Source: a candidate division FCPU426 bacterium (GTDB lineage Bacteria; Oederibacteriota; PGYV01; Palsa-1178). Taken from it: a stretch of 64,000 nucleotides of DNA. The stretch lies in NCBI GenBank assembly GCA_963840035.1, contig CAWIXE010000002.1, positions 640,001 to 704,000 of the forward strand, in the 5' to 3' direction. This document shows, piece by piece, positions 1-9,749 of the stretch (positions are counted from its first letter, which is position 1; each line of letters opens with the position of its first letter). The translations under genes and the position numbers were made by a program. The notes beneath the pieces were generated by a model. The model ran no database searches, was not told the origin of the DNA, and was given only the letters and a program-made list of their open reading frames with translations.

Positions 1-1497
1 CCTCGGAGGCAGGTCAATCATTCCCGGCTGGTCAGGTTCATTTAGAACTTCTATATCAGGCGGCGGCACGTGTGCCGGAGGCGCGGCCTGAGGTATAATA
101 ACCGGCGGAACAACCGGAACCCGCACTGAGGGTGTAGGCGGAGCCTGCTGTACGGCGGGCTTTACCGGCTCGTCAGGAAGTCCTGCCATCTTTCTTTTCA
201 TTTTTTCCTTCATTTGTTTCATGTACTCGTTCTGGTCAATGGCTTTCGCAGGCTGGTGCGTCGCGGGTTGTCCCGGGGTAAATGACGGAACTGCAGGCTG
301 GTTTACCTGCGCCTGCGGAACCGGCGCGGGAGGGACGTTTATTTTTTTATCGGCCATTTTTTCCTTGAGGTTTTTCATGTAATCTTTTTCATCCCTTTTT
401 TCCATCTGAGGGGGAGGGGAAGCCGGTTTTGACATGCCTTCGGGTTTTTCCTCTATGTACATGTTGAATAATTCCTGAACCTCGGCTAAAGGCATGGATT
501 TCATGTCGGCAATCCTCTGCATGGCGTCTTCGACCATGTTGCCGTGTTCGTGTATCCTGATGTGCTTTGTGAATTCGGCGACTGCTTTGTCTATATTGCC
601 GCGGTTCTGGTAAAGCTGCCCGAGCATATAGTGCGAATTGGCGTAAGTAGGGTCAAGCGCCACGGCTTTTTTATACATTTTTACCGCGATATCAGGCTGG
701 TCCTTTTTGTCGTAGATTAAGCCGATGGTATTGTAAGTTTTGGCGCTTTTCGGGTTTAAAATGAGCGCCTTTTCAAATGCCTTAATGGCATTGTCATATT
801 CCTCGCGGTGCTGGTAAGTATATCCGAGATTGGTGTACGCGCTTAAATAATTCGGGTCAATCAGCAGCGCCTGGTTGAAAGCTTCGATGGCTTTATCCTG
901 CATGTGCCTTTCAAGGTATGCCACGCCGAGGTCGTGGTAGTTTTTCGCCTTGTTGACGTTTTGTTTTGCCGATTCCTGCAGTTTTGTTATGGCGTCATCC
1001 ATGGACTCGCCTGTGCCTTTTATGAATGAGTCAATGCCGAGGTGGTAAAGCCTCTCGGTAAAAACAGGGTCGAGTTCGCCCGCTTTTTTGAACATCTGCA
1101 GAGCCTCTTCAAACTTGGCGGAGTCATAATACACGTTGCCAAGGTTGTTGTAGAGCACCGCGGCGCCCGGGTTCTGCTCAATGCCTTTCTGATATACAAA
1201 AATCGCGTCGCTGTATTTGGACTGGCGGGCGAATAAAAGGCCCAGGTTGTTAAAGGCCTCAAGATGATGGGGGTTTATATTGACGAGTTTTTTAAGGATG
1301 TCATACGCAAGGCCGAATTCCTTCATGTCAGAGTATACAAACCCGAGGTTAAACAGTGCTTCTTCGTCTTTAGGGAAGAGTTTCAGGGCGTTTTCAAATT
1401 CCTTTATGGCTTTTTCATGGTCGTTTTTATCAGCGTATTCAAGCCCTTTTTTTATGTGTTCCGCCTTTTTTTCCTCGTCAGACTTAAATAATCCCAT
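1..1497 (-). CDS. Tetratricopeptide-repeat protein with Pro-rich C-terminal region (3' end outside window)
   Basis: Read manually on the minus strand from ATG at 1497 (MGLFKSDEEKKAEHIKKGLEY...). Many TPR motifs (ALFNLGFVY, AFNNLGLLF, LYNNLGNVY, AYTNLGYTY, TYNTIGLIY). Open to the window edge, so it is missing from the ORF track. AGGAG SD upstream. Confidence 0.9.
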   Translation of the reverse strand, partial: MGLFKSDEEKKAEHIKKGLEYADKNDHEKAIKEFENALKLFPKDEEALFNLGFVYSDMKEFGLAYDILKKLVNINPHHLEAFNNLGLLFARQSKYSDAIFVYQKGIEQNPGAAVLYNNLGNVYYDSAKFEEALQMFKKAGELDPVFTERLYHLGIDSFIKGTGESMDDAITKLQESAKQNVNKAKNYHDLGVAYLERHMQDKAIEAFNQALLIDPNYLSAYTNLGYTYQHREEYDNAIKAFEKALILNPKSAKTYNTIGLIYDKKDQPDIAVKMYKKAVALDPTYANSHYMLGQLYQNRGNIDKAVAEFTKHIRIHEHGNMVEDAMQRIADMKSMPLAEVQELFNMYIEEKPEGMSKPASPPPQMEKRDEKDYMKNLKEKMADKKINVPPAPVPQAQVNQPAVPSFTPGQPATHQPAKAIDQNEYMKQMKEKMKRKMAGLPDEPVKPAVQQAPPTPSVRVPVVPPVIIPQAAPPAHVPPPDIEVLNEPDQPGMIDLPPR

Positions 1498-1534
1498 GTG
1501 TGATGAGTTCTCCTATAAGATATGTGGTATTAAA

Positions 1535-1563
1535 ATTATATAAACATTACAGGTAAAAGTCAA
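1535..1563 (-). promoter_or_regulatory. Sigma70-type promoter of the TPR gene
   Basis: Minus strand reads TTGACT-17 nt-TATAAT. Confidence 0.7.
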
Positions 1564-1582
1564 TACACATAAAAACGGGCAA

Positions 1583-1611
1583 AAAAAAGCCCCCGGTTAA
1601 GGGGGCTTTTT
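1583..1611. terminator. Intrinsic terminator after the first OM barrel gene
   Basis: aaaaaagccccc-ggttaa-gggggcttttt GC hairpin with A/T tracts. Confidence 0.85.
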
Positions 1612-1624
1612 ATAGATAACTTGA

Positions 1625-2509
1625 TTAGTAGTTCATGGTTACGTTTACGCCTATGTTAAATCCCGAGAATTCAAATTTTGTTGGGTCTGAACCGTTGAAC
1701 TTTACTACGTCGCCTTTTGAAACCCCGGTGCCGTTTTTGTCAGCTTTCATTTCTGAAACATCAGCCATCCTGTAGCCAAAAGACAGGCCTGCGGATAAAG
1801 CTTCCATTATCTCGTAATTGATCCTGGCGCCTATATCAAGCACAAATGTCCCGCCTGTTGACGGATATTCTTCTTTGCTGGTGCCGGTTGATTCCGTAAA
1901 CTTCGCCCTTGCCAGCCCGTAACCGGCGTAAAGGTCGCCGATTAATGAAACCGGTACGGAAGGTATCTTGTATTCATAATTACCGCCAACCATGAGGGGT
2001 ATCAGGGAAGCGTCAATGGTAGTTTCGTTCGAACCCGATGTTATTTTTCCCTGGAAACAGCCAATGTATTCAAGCCTTGGGCCGAGCGCAACGGGTATGC
2101 CTTTAAATAGGAAGAAGTCAGCGTCCACGCCTATGACATATGCGGTTGTAAGTTTTGTAACCGAAGTCCCGGGAGTTCCGGCAATCGTGTCGAGTGTTTT
2201 ATTTAATGCAGCCATTGAGATAAAAGACATGTCAACCCACATGTCCACAACGCCCATGTAAGTGGCGGAAGCCGCAACTTCGGGGAGGTTGGGTTCGGGT
2301 TTGCCTTCTTCAGCCGTGTCAACAGGAAGATCGGCTGATTTGGTTTCCTCGGTTTTGATCATCTCGTCGCTTAGTTTTTCCTTTTCCACGACTGCTTTGG
2401 CGTCTTTGACGTCCTTTTCAATCGACAGAGTTTCTTCGGCAAAGCAGGGGATTGCTGTTACAAAGAGAAAAAATGATAAGAGCGCTAATAATGCTGTAGT
2501 TTTTTTCAT
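1625..2509 (-). CDS. Outer-membrane beta-barrel protein, paralog 1, with acidic N-terminal extension
   Basis: Signal peptide, alternating beta-strand pattern, aromatic C-terminus (FSGFNIGVNVTMNY), motifs shared with four paralogs. Confidence 0.75.
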   Translation of the reverse strand: MKKTTALLALLSFFLFVTAIPCFAEETLSIEKDVKDAKAVVEKEKLSDEMIKTEETKSADLPVDTAEEGKPEPNLPEVAASATYMGVVDMWVDMSFISMAALNKTLDTIAGTPGTSVTKLTTAYVIGVDADFFLFKGIPVALGPRLEYIGCFQGKITSGSNETTIDASLIPLMVGGNYEYKIPSVPVSLIGDLYAGYGLARAKFTESTGTSKEEYPSTGGTFVLDIGARINYEIMEALSAGLSFGYRMADVSEMKADKNGTGVSKGDVVKFNGSDPTKFEFSGFNIGVNVTMNY

Positions 2510-2682
2510 GACCCACCTCGTTTTTGGTTTGTTTCCTTATAACTATATTATAACAAATGTATATACGGGTTTCAAGGTAAACAATATTTTAAATTTTCGA
2601 TTTTCAATTTTCAATTACAAACAGACAAAACAAATCTTGTATTGTTTTTTTATGCATTTAATTGAAAATATAAAATTAAAAA

Positions 2683-3438
2683 TTAAAACCGTAAATTTAT
2701 ACCAACGCCTGCGTTAATACCGGAATAATCAACAGTCCTTGTGCCGCCGAGTCCGTCTGAGATGATGGAGCCTTTCGGGACAAAGACGGTGTTTCCGACT
2801 TTTATCTCATCAACCGCTTTCAGGTTATCATATTTCGCGTATCTGTAACCCAGGTTCACACTTAAGGTAAACATATCGGCGAGGTAAAATTCAACAGCGG
2901 AAACAGCTTCGCCCATGATGCCGCCGCCCTGGTAGACGCTGCTGTAGCTGGTAATGGAAGAAGTATCAGTCAGCGGTTCTGAAGTGTTGATGCTTTTAGT
3001 CGCGAATGCCACTCCATACCCGCCGTACGCGCCCACTGTGAAAGAGAGGAATGTAAGCGGGACTTTGATGTGAAAATTCGCGCCGAGCATAACAGGGACA
3101 AGCACGGCCGCGTAGGTTTCTTTTGTGTTGTTGAGCATATCTGCGATAGTGATGGAGGTTGGAAGAACTACCTGCGCTCCTGTCTTTGGGCCTATAGAAA
3201 TATTGTTGTTTACGCCAAAATCAAAACACACATTGGCGTATACGGAATTGCCAAAAGTGGTAAAGCTGGCGTCCTTGCCGCCGTTTATGGCTGATTCCTT
3301 CATGGTGGTCAGACCGTTCTTTAGGTCGTCCATTGAAGCGTAAGAATAACCCGCATCAAGGCCGAAGCGGAACACAGCGGACACGGAAGCGGACAGGCAA
3401 AGGGTTAAGACTAATACAAGTAATGCTGATTTTTTCAT
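2683..3438 (-). CDS. Outer-membrane beta-barrel protein, paralog 2
   Basis: Start moved to MKKSALL (AGGAGG SD). C-terminus VDYSGINAGVGINLRF. Confidence 0.75.
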   Translation of the reverse strand: MKKSALLVLVLTLCLSASVSAVFRFGLDAGYSYASMDDLKNGLTTMKESAINGGKDASFTTFGNSVYANVCFDFGVNNNISIGPKTGAQVVLPTSITIADMLNNTKETYAAVLVPVMLGANFHIKVPLTFLSFTVGAYGGYGVAFATKSINTSEPLTDTSSITSYSSVYQGGGIMGEAVSAVEFYLADMFTLSVNLGYRYAKYDNLKAVDEIKVGNTVFVPKGSIISDGLGGTRTVDYSGINAGVGINLRF

Positions 3439-3545
3439 GTAATCCTCCTTGGATATTTGAGTAATTATATAACCATAAAAATATATTTTCAAGTTGTAAA
3501 TTAGACGGACGGGAAATGGGAAAGGTTACGCAAAGCGGAAGAAAT

Positions 3546-3575
3546 AAAAAAGGGAGCCTTCGCAGGCTCCCTTTT
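3546..3575. terminator. Intrinsic terminator
   Basis: aaaaaagggagcct-tcgc-aggctccctttt. Confidence 0.85.
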
Positions 3576-3590
3576 GTTTTCTGTTATGAA

Positions 3591-4298
3591 TTAAAACTTA
3601 AATGACACTCCGGCTTTAAAGTTCAGGCCGCTGTAATCGACCGGTAAGGCGGTGTCTGTAAGATAATTTTTCAGTTCGTCGCCTTTTTTTATGCTGTAAT
3701 AATCCGAGTCTGCCGTGGCCTTTAAAGACGTTATATTTGCAATCTTATAGCCAATGGTTACTTTGATTGTCATTAAGGATAACGGAGAAATCTCTATGCC
3801 GCCAAGAATGTCATAAACAGGGGCGCCTCCGGAAAAACCGGCTGTCGATGTATTGCCGGCGATCTTATTGTCAAGGTTGTGGAATGAAAAACCGTATCCG
3901 CCGAAGCCCTCAATAATAATTCCAACAGGAAAATCTTTTAAACGGATATCAATTGAGGCGCCAATTTGAGCGGGAATCAGTATGCTGTCCGTGCGCATAT
4001 AATCGCTGCCGCCTGTTATGGAACCCTGAGTGCATTTTACGAGGCCCACCCTCGGCCCTATCTGAAGAAACCATAAAGCCTGATACATCAGGTCGATGTT
4101 GGCATCAAGAGCGCTGGTAATCTTTGTGACTTTTGTGGTTGGAAACAAAACGTGGATATCGTCCATGGATTTGTTTACTTTTTCCATTGACGGCATTGCG
4201 TAACCGATGCCTAATCCTAAATTCCAGCTTGCTGATTCAGCGAAAGAAAAAGATGAAAATAAAGCAACGGCAATGACTGCTGATAAAAATTTTTTCAT
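3591..4298 (-). CDS. Outer-membrane beta-barrel protein, paralog 3
   Basis: Signal peptide, AGGAGG SD, C-terminus VDYSGLNFKAGVSFKF. Confidence 0.75.
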   Translation of the reverse strand: MKKFLSAVIAVALFSSFSFAESASWNLGLGIGYAMPSMEKVNKSMDDIHVLFPTTKVTKITSALDANIDLMYQALWFLQIGPRVGLVKCTQGSITGGSDYMRTDSILIPAQIGASIDIRLKDFPVGIIIEGFGGYGFSFHNLDNKIAGNTSTAGFSGGAPVYDILGGIEISPLSLMTIKVTIGYKIANITSLKATADSDYYSIKKGDELKNYLTDTALPVDYSGLNFKAGVSFKF

Positions 4299-4388
4299 AT
4301 AATCCTCCTGGGTTTTGATGCGGTTATAATAACAATTTCAGACAGGTTAGTCAATAGGAAGGCGCGTGGTTTTGTAAAGAACCCGGTT

Positions 4389-5189
4389 TTAGAATCCTAC
4401 TGTTATGCCGGCGCCGAAGTTATATCCGGAATAATCTATGAAGACGTCTTTTCCGGCAAAATCCTTCAGCGCGTAGTCTTTTGGCAGGTCTATGCCAAGG
4501 CCCGCGCTTAAGTAAGAACCCGGCGTTTTTACGGTGGGGATGCGCGCGAGCTTATAACCCGCGCTTATGAAAAATGTGGTAAGCGGCGCCACTGAAAAAT
4601 CAAGGGATAAAAAACCGTCCGCGACAAAATTCCCGCCCTGATACGGGACTGTGATTGAAACCGGGTCAGAGCCTGTTACTTCGACCTTATATGTTTCCGC
4701 CACGAGTGCTATGCCATAACCCGCGTAACCGCCGAGCGTTATCGCGACATCAATACCTGGAACCGTCATTTTTGAAGTAAACCCCGCCATTAAAGGGATC
4801 AGCAGAGAGTCGAGCGTGTAGGTATATTTACCCGAGCCGCTGAAAATATAAGGCGATGTAAAGAATGGAAGGTCCACGGTGAGCGTGCCCTCGGTCGTGG
4901 TGCTTCCGGGGAAGCAGTATAGTAATCCAACCCTGGGGCCTACATATAATATATCAAGCAGTCCCACACTGATGTCAAGGTTGGCATATAAGCCGTCCTT
5001 AAAATACTTCTTTGTGTTGGTAGAGCCGATGTTGTCATTTTCTATTGTTAATGTCATAGAATTAATATAATCATTGGTCTCCTGCATGGTGACAAGGGCA
5101 TAACCGCCGTTAACACCCACATTAATAAGGGCAAAGGACTGGACCGCGAATAAAGCGCAAAAAACCGCTGAAGCAAGGATTTTTTTCAT
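4389..5189 (-). CDS. Outer-membrane beta-barrel protein, paralog 4
   Basis: Signal peptide, AGGAGG SD, C-terminus IDYSGYNFGAGITVGF. Confidence 0.75.
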   Translation of the reverse strand: MKKILASAVFCALFAVQSFALINVGVNGGYALVTMQETNDYINSMTLTIENDNIGSTNTKKYFKDGLYANLDISVGLLDILYVGPRVGLLYCFPGSTTTEGTLTVDLPFFTSPYIFSGSGKYTYTLDSLLIPLMAGFTSKMTVPGIDVAITLGGYAGYGIALVAETYKVEVTGSDPVSITVPYQGGNFVADGFLSLDFSVAPLTTFFISAGYKLARIPTVKTPGSYLSAGLGIDLPKDYALKDFAGKDVFIDYSGYNFGAGITVGF

Positions 5190-5336
5190 ATATACCTCCT
5201 GATATTTTTATGTTTATATGATATCAGCCAGTCAGTGTTAAGTCAAGTTTTGCATCCTTTTTAACGTTCAACCGTTATGTTATAGCATATGTTTAACGTG
5301 TTACAGACTAAAATACCGGATTCAGGAGATGAGCGG

Positions 5337-7898
5337 ATGAAAAGGTTCTTTGTTTTTCTGGCGTTATTGGCGCCTTCATATATATACCCGGCTACAGCCG
5401 CGATTACCGTGAATTATAATACGGAAATAAACGCGTTTACCCCGTCAAAACTGCTTGGAAATAATTCCGGGGTATGGCTTGCTCCCGCGGGATACAATAC
5501 CAACGCCGCTAAGATAAAGGCTGCGGGGTCTTCATTTATCAGGTTCCCGGGCGGAAGCCTTTCAAATGAATATCACTGGAACGGCGCCGGCTGGTTTGAC
5601 GCGCAGAAAATATGGCACTCTAACCCGTCGGCTTATTCAAAAGGTTTTATAGTTGAGCCCGAACACAGGGGGTCGTCATCAATCGGATACGGCAAGCCTG
5701 CGAAGTTAACTGACGGCTTGATTACAGCCTCCTCACAATGGCAGTCTGACACCATAACCGCGGCTTCAGCCACTACGAACGCTTATGTAATTATCAGGCT
5801 CGGCGCGCCGCAATACATAGACCAGGTAAAAATTTACTGGGGCGACACATACGCGGCTGAATACGCGATACAATACTGGTCAAGCACTGATTTTGCCTGG
5901 GCGCCGCATCAGGGAAATACAAATTATTGGCAGACGCTTGTGACGGTTACCGGAAATACGGGAGGTACCGATATCAGGACAATTCCCGCCACGTTTGGAC
6001 AAAACTTCAGGATACTTATGAAAAAAAGTTCCGGTACCGGATACAAGATGAACGAGGCCGAACTTTACAGCGGCGGGTATAAAAAGACAACCAACACAGC
6101 CACTACAGCCCAGACAGAAACTTACGCGTCGCCGACAGATAAGGCAAACGCGCCGATGGGGTGGACCCCGGATTATGATTTTCTGGCGTTCGTCAGTTTT
6201 TTAAGCAGTATTGGCCCGGACGCGCAGGGAATATGCAGCGTTAACTTCGGCACCGGTACTTATGAGGAAGCGGCGGCTTGGGTCCGGTACGCGAAGGATA
6301 ACGGATACCTAAGCAGGATTAAGTACTGGGAAGTCGGCAATGAGACAGAAGGCGTATGGGAGGCGGGCGGGCCGGTGGACGCGGAATACTATACCGAGCG
6401 TTTTATTCTTTTCTCTGACGCCATGAAAGCTGTTGATCCGGACATAAAAATATGCGGCCCGGTGCTTGCCTCATTACAGAATAATTCGGAGCTCTATGAC
6501 GGCATGTCATTTATGGATAAATTCCTTCAGGTACTGCAGTCGCACGGAAAACTGGCTTCGGTGGACGCGCTGGCGTTTCACATGTACCCCGACTGGCAGA
6601 ATACTGTGGAGGCGACTTCGCTTAGCACCCCGAATAACTGGGCGGCAGGGAGCAATTATAAGGCGTTCATAGACAATCTTCTTGTGAAATATTACGGTGA
6701 CGCCGCGGCAAAGGAATTAATAATGTCCGAGTATAACTGCGGCGCCGCGACAAAACTCACCATGGATTTCATGAACTCGCTGTGGACCGCGAACTGGCTC
6801 GGCGAATACGCGAAGTCTTTCGGCAACAGGGCATTTGCCAATCAGTGGGATATCATGAATAATAACGCTTCAACCGGGAATTACGACAACGGCTTTCTCG
6901 AGATAGGCCAGCAGACGGGCGCGTACAAATACCAGCCGCGATCGAGTTACTGGGGGATGTACATGATAAATAATTACCTGGCATGCGCCGATGAGTTTGG
7001 CAACACGCTTGTGGCCGCCTCGTCAAATCAGGGCCTGCTTCCGGTGTACGCGGCAAAACGCAATGACGGGAAACTCAGCCTTATGGTGATAAACAAGAGC
7101 AAGACAAACGCGTATACCTCGTCTATAAACATCAGCGGTTACGCGCCTGACCCGGCAGCGGAGCTTTATACATTCGCGGCAAACGCGTCGGCGCCGTACT
7201 ATGTTCAGAATTATGTCTGGCATGATGACGCCGCAAAATCATATGCCGACCCTGACCTTGCTCCGGTTAAAAACACATATGCCGGCGCGTCAGGCAGTTT
7301 CTCGTTTGACTTCCCGGCATATTCGATTTCTGTTTTCAATTTTGTCCCGTTTGGTTCCACGCCGACATTTACCCCGTCAATATCGCCGACACAATCACAG
7401 ACGAACACGTCAAGCGCCACGCCGACTTTTACCATCACAAAGACTGTGACTGTTACAAAGACCATTACAAATACGAGGACTGTCACTGATACGCATACCA
7501 TAACAAAAACAAGGACAGTCACTCCGACGTATACATTTACCCCGAGCATCACACTTACTTTTACGGCAACGGCGACAAAGACCCCGGGAGAACCAATACC
7601 GGGCGGGGCCGCACAACAGACTTATAAAAAAACATACGTTTATCCGTCGCCGTTTGATTCGTCGAAAGGCCACACCGGCATATGGTTTTTAAACCTCACA
7701 AAGCATTCAATAATAAAGATATATGACATGTCCGGGAAAATGGTGTACAGCAGGGAAGCTGATACGCCGCAGGGGGCGTATTTTCTGCGCTTTGAAGCGC
7801 AGCGGCGAAGGGATGTTTTTGCGCCGGGAGTGTATGTTTATGTTGTTAATAATAGAGGAAACCAGACTGCGACTGGAAAATTCGCGGTAATAAGGTAA
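5337..7898 (+). CDS. Secreted clan GH-A glycoside hydrolase (GH44/GH51/GH79-like) with inserted F5/8-type C (discoidin) domain, Thr-rich linker and C-terminal sorting-like domain
   Basis: Start MKRFFV after AGGAG. Motifs IRFPGGS, YWEVGNE (acid/base) and LIMSEYN (nucleophile). Discoidin-like insert (LTDG...WQS...IDQVKIYW...AEYAIQ). C-terminus VYPSPF...IKIYDMSGKMV...GVYVY...KFAVIR. Confidence 0.8.
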   Translation: MKRFFVFLALLAPSYIYPATAAITVNYNTEINAFTPSKLLGNNSGVWLAPAGYNTNAAKIKAAGSSFIRFPGGSLSNEYHWNGAGWFDAQKIWHSNPSAYSKGFIVEPEHRGSSSIGYGKPAKLTDGLITASSQWQSDTITAASATTNAYVIIRLGAPQYIDQVKIYWGDTYAAEYAIQYWSSTDFAWAPHQGNTNYWQTLVTVTGNTGGTDIRTIPATFGQNFRILMKKSSGTGYKMNEAELYSGGYKKTTNTATTAQTETYASPTDKANAPMGWTPDYDFLAFVSFLSSIGPDAQGICSVNFGTGTYEEAAAWVRYAKDNGYLSRIKYWEVGNETEGVWEAGGPVDAEYYTERFILFSDAMKAVDPDIKICGPVLASLQNNSELYDGMSFMDKFLQVLQSHGKLASVDALAFHMYPDWQNTVEATSLSTPNNWAAGSNYKAFIDNLLVKYYGDAAAKELIMSEYNCGAATKLTMDFMNSLWTANWLGEYAKSFGNRAFANQWDIMNNNASTGNYDNGFLEIGQQTGAYKYQPRSSYWGMYMINNYLACADEFGNTLVAASSNQGLLPVYAAKRNDGKLSLMVINKSKTNAYTSSINISGYAPDPAAELYTFAANASAPYYVQNYVWHDDAAKSYADPDLAPVKNTYAGASGSFSFDFPAYSISVFNFVPFGSTPTFTPSISPTQSQTNTSSATPTFTITKTVTVTKTITNTRTVTDTHTITKTRTVTPTYTFTPSITLTFTATATKTPGEPIPGGAAQQTYKKTYVYPSPFDSSKGHTGIWFLNLTKHSIIKIYDMSGKMVYSREADTPQGAYFLRFEAQRRRDVFAPGVYVYVVNNRGNQTATGKFAVIR

Positions 7899-7910
7899 TT
7901 TAATTGACTA

Positions 7911-7939
7911 TTGACTATAAAATAATAAAATGATATAAA
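7911..7939 (+). promoter_or_regulatory. Sigma70-type promoter of tRNA-Gln
   Basis: TTGACT-17 nt-TATAAA with a TG extension, about 10 nt before the tRNA. Confidence 0.6.
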
Positions 7940-7948
7940 TTTATACGT

Positions 7949-8024
7949 TGCCGGGTCGTCTAATTGGCAGGACACCTGACTCTGACTCAGGCGGTTGTAG
8001 GTTCGAGTCCTACCCCGGCAGCCA
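7949..8024 (+). tRNA. tRNA-Gln (anticodon CTG)
   Basis: Acceptor stem TGCCGGG/CCCGGCA, anticodon arm CCTGA-CTCTGAC-TCAGG, T-loop GTTCGAGTC, encoded CCA, 76 nt. Confidence 0.97.
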
Positions 8025-8069
8025 AAATGAAAAAAGCGCGCTTAAAGCGCGCTTTTTTCATTTTGGCTG
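8019..8069 (+). terminator. Long hairpin/terminator overlapping the tRNA 3' end
   Basis: Perfect 23-bp inverted repeat cagccaaaatgaaaaaagcgcgc / gcgcgcttttttcattttggctg. Confidence 0.75.
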
Positions 8070-8364
8070 AGATAGGTGAGAGGAGAGAGTAGATAGGAGA
8101 TAAGCAGCCCGTTTTAAAACCCGGATCAAAAACCGGGTAAGCATCCGGTCACCTTTCTCCTATCTCCTCTCTCGTGAACTTAGGGCTGGATTTTGTATTT
8201 GTTTTACTGCAACTTGCTTTTGTCTTTTCCGGCTGCTATACTTTTATCATAAGAGTGTGCAGCAAACCGTCGGCTTAAAGCCGGCATCATACCCGATATT
8301 TTAACTCAAATTGAAAACTGACAAAAAAATTATTTTATGTATTATTTCTGCACGGGGGTGCTGT

Positions 8365-8547
8365 ATGCTAAAGCAGGAAAGGTGTTCGGAGGCTAATGCG
8401 GGAAAGAGCGAGTTCAAGTGCTGCTGCGGAAGGGTAAAAAAGTACGACCCATCAAGCGAGGATAAGACAATATACTGCCCTCACTGCAAGCAGTTTCATG
8501 AAAAGGACGACGCGAATTGCTGGACTCACATGAGGGAGGAGCAATAG
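8365..8547 (+). CDS. Small Cys-rich (zinc-ribbon-like) hypothetical protein
   Basis: 60 aa from ATG 8365 after GGGGGTG. CCCG...CPHC pattern. Confidence 0.45.
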   Translation: MLKQERCSEANAGKSEFKCCCGRVKKYDPSSEDKTIYCPHCKQFHEKDDANCWTHMREEQ

Positions 8548-8634
8548 CCGCGGGCGCAAGTTGTCGTGTATTTTTATGCGAGAGCGTGTTAGAATTGGCA
8601 CATACAACTTGATAAAAAATCCGGGAGAAGAAAA

Positions 8635-9240
8635 ATGATAAAGGATATGCTGATTTTTTCGTTTTTGCCCATGCTTTTATTATCGGTACCATCATACGCG
8701 GCTGGAAAAGATAAAATCGCGACCGCCACTTTCGCGGGCGGGTGTTTTTGGTGCGTCCAGCCTGTTTTTGAATATATGAAAGGCGTCAAATCAACTGTGG
8801 CAGGGTACGCAAACGGCAAAGACAAAGACCCCACCTATGAGGATTATACTGAGAAAGGATATGTGGAGGCTGTGCAGGTGACATATGACCCTGCGGTTGT
8901 GACATACGAAGCGCTCCTTGAGAATTTCTGGATGCAGATAAACCCCACTGACGAAGGCGGCCAGTTCGTCGACCGCGGGGCGCAGTACAGGCCGGCGATA
9001 TTCTGGCGCGATGACGAACAGAAAAAAGCGGCGCTTGCTTATAAGGAAAAGATGTCAAAATCGGGAAAGTATGACGCGCCCATTAAAGTTGAAATATCGG
9101 CTTTTGTGAATTTTTATCCCGCCGAGGAATACCACCAGGATTATCATAAGAAGAACGCTTTCCGTTATAATATTTACAGGATGGGCACGGGCCGGGACGC
9201 TTATATTAAAAAAATATGGGGCGATATTAAAAAGAAATAA
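8635..9240 (+). CDS. msrA: Peptide-methionine (S)-S-oxide reductase, probably exported
   Basis: ATFAGGCFWC active site, GGQFVDRGAQYR and FYPAEEYHQDY motifs, N-terminal signal-like segment. Confidence 0.95.
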   Translation: MIKDMLIFSFLPMLLLSVPSYAAGKDKIATATFAGGCFWCVQPVFEYMKGVKSTVAGYANGKDKDPTYEDYTEKGYVEAVQVTYDPAVVTYEALLENFWMQINPTDEGGQFVDRGAQYRPAIFWRDDEQKKAALAYKEKMSKSGKYDAPIKVEISAFVNFYPAEEYHQDYHKKNAFRYNIYRMGTGRDAYIKKIWGDIKKK

Positions 9241-9299
9241 TTACTAATTACAAATGACCAATTACTAATGTGCGGAAAAACATTTAATTAGGTGGCTGG

Positions 9300-9749
9300 A
9301 TGCTATTGAGCGTGTTATCGGTTTTTTTTACCGCAATGCTTGAGTTGTGGGCGGCAATACCTCTCGGGTTTGTTCTGAAACTGGATCCGTGGATAAATGC
9401 TATTGCTACAATCGCCGGCGCAACAGCAGGTGTCGCAGTTGTTGTATTTGCGGGTGAAGGCCTGCGGGCGTGGATAATAAAGATGCGGAATGGTAATAAA
9501 GAATCGCAGCCAAAGGCAACCGCGGATAAAAAACCTTCAGCGATAGAAAATATCTGGAGGAAATATGGGATCATAGGACTGGGGCTTCTTGCCCCGTGGA
9601 TTACCGGCGCGCCGCTGGGCGCTGCCCTGGGTATGTCGCTTGGCGCGGACCCAAAAAAACTCCTTATCTGGATTACTGCAGGCAGCGTAATATGTACAAT
9701 AATACTTACAGCCATGGGCGCGGCCGGAGTCAGTTTAATCAAAAAATAA
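9300..9749 (+). CDS. Small multi-drug export family membrane protein
   Basis: LELWAAIPLG and KYGIIGLGLLAPWITGAPLG motifs, about 4 TM segments. Confidence 0.8.
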   Translation: MLLSVLSVFFTAMLELWAAIPLGFVLKLDPWINAIATIAGATAGVAVVVFAGEGLRAWIIKMRNGNKESQPKATADKKPSAIENIWRKYGIIGLGLLAPWITGAPLGAALGMSLGADPKKLLIWITAGSVICTIILTAMGAAGVSLIKK

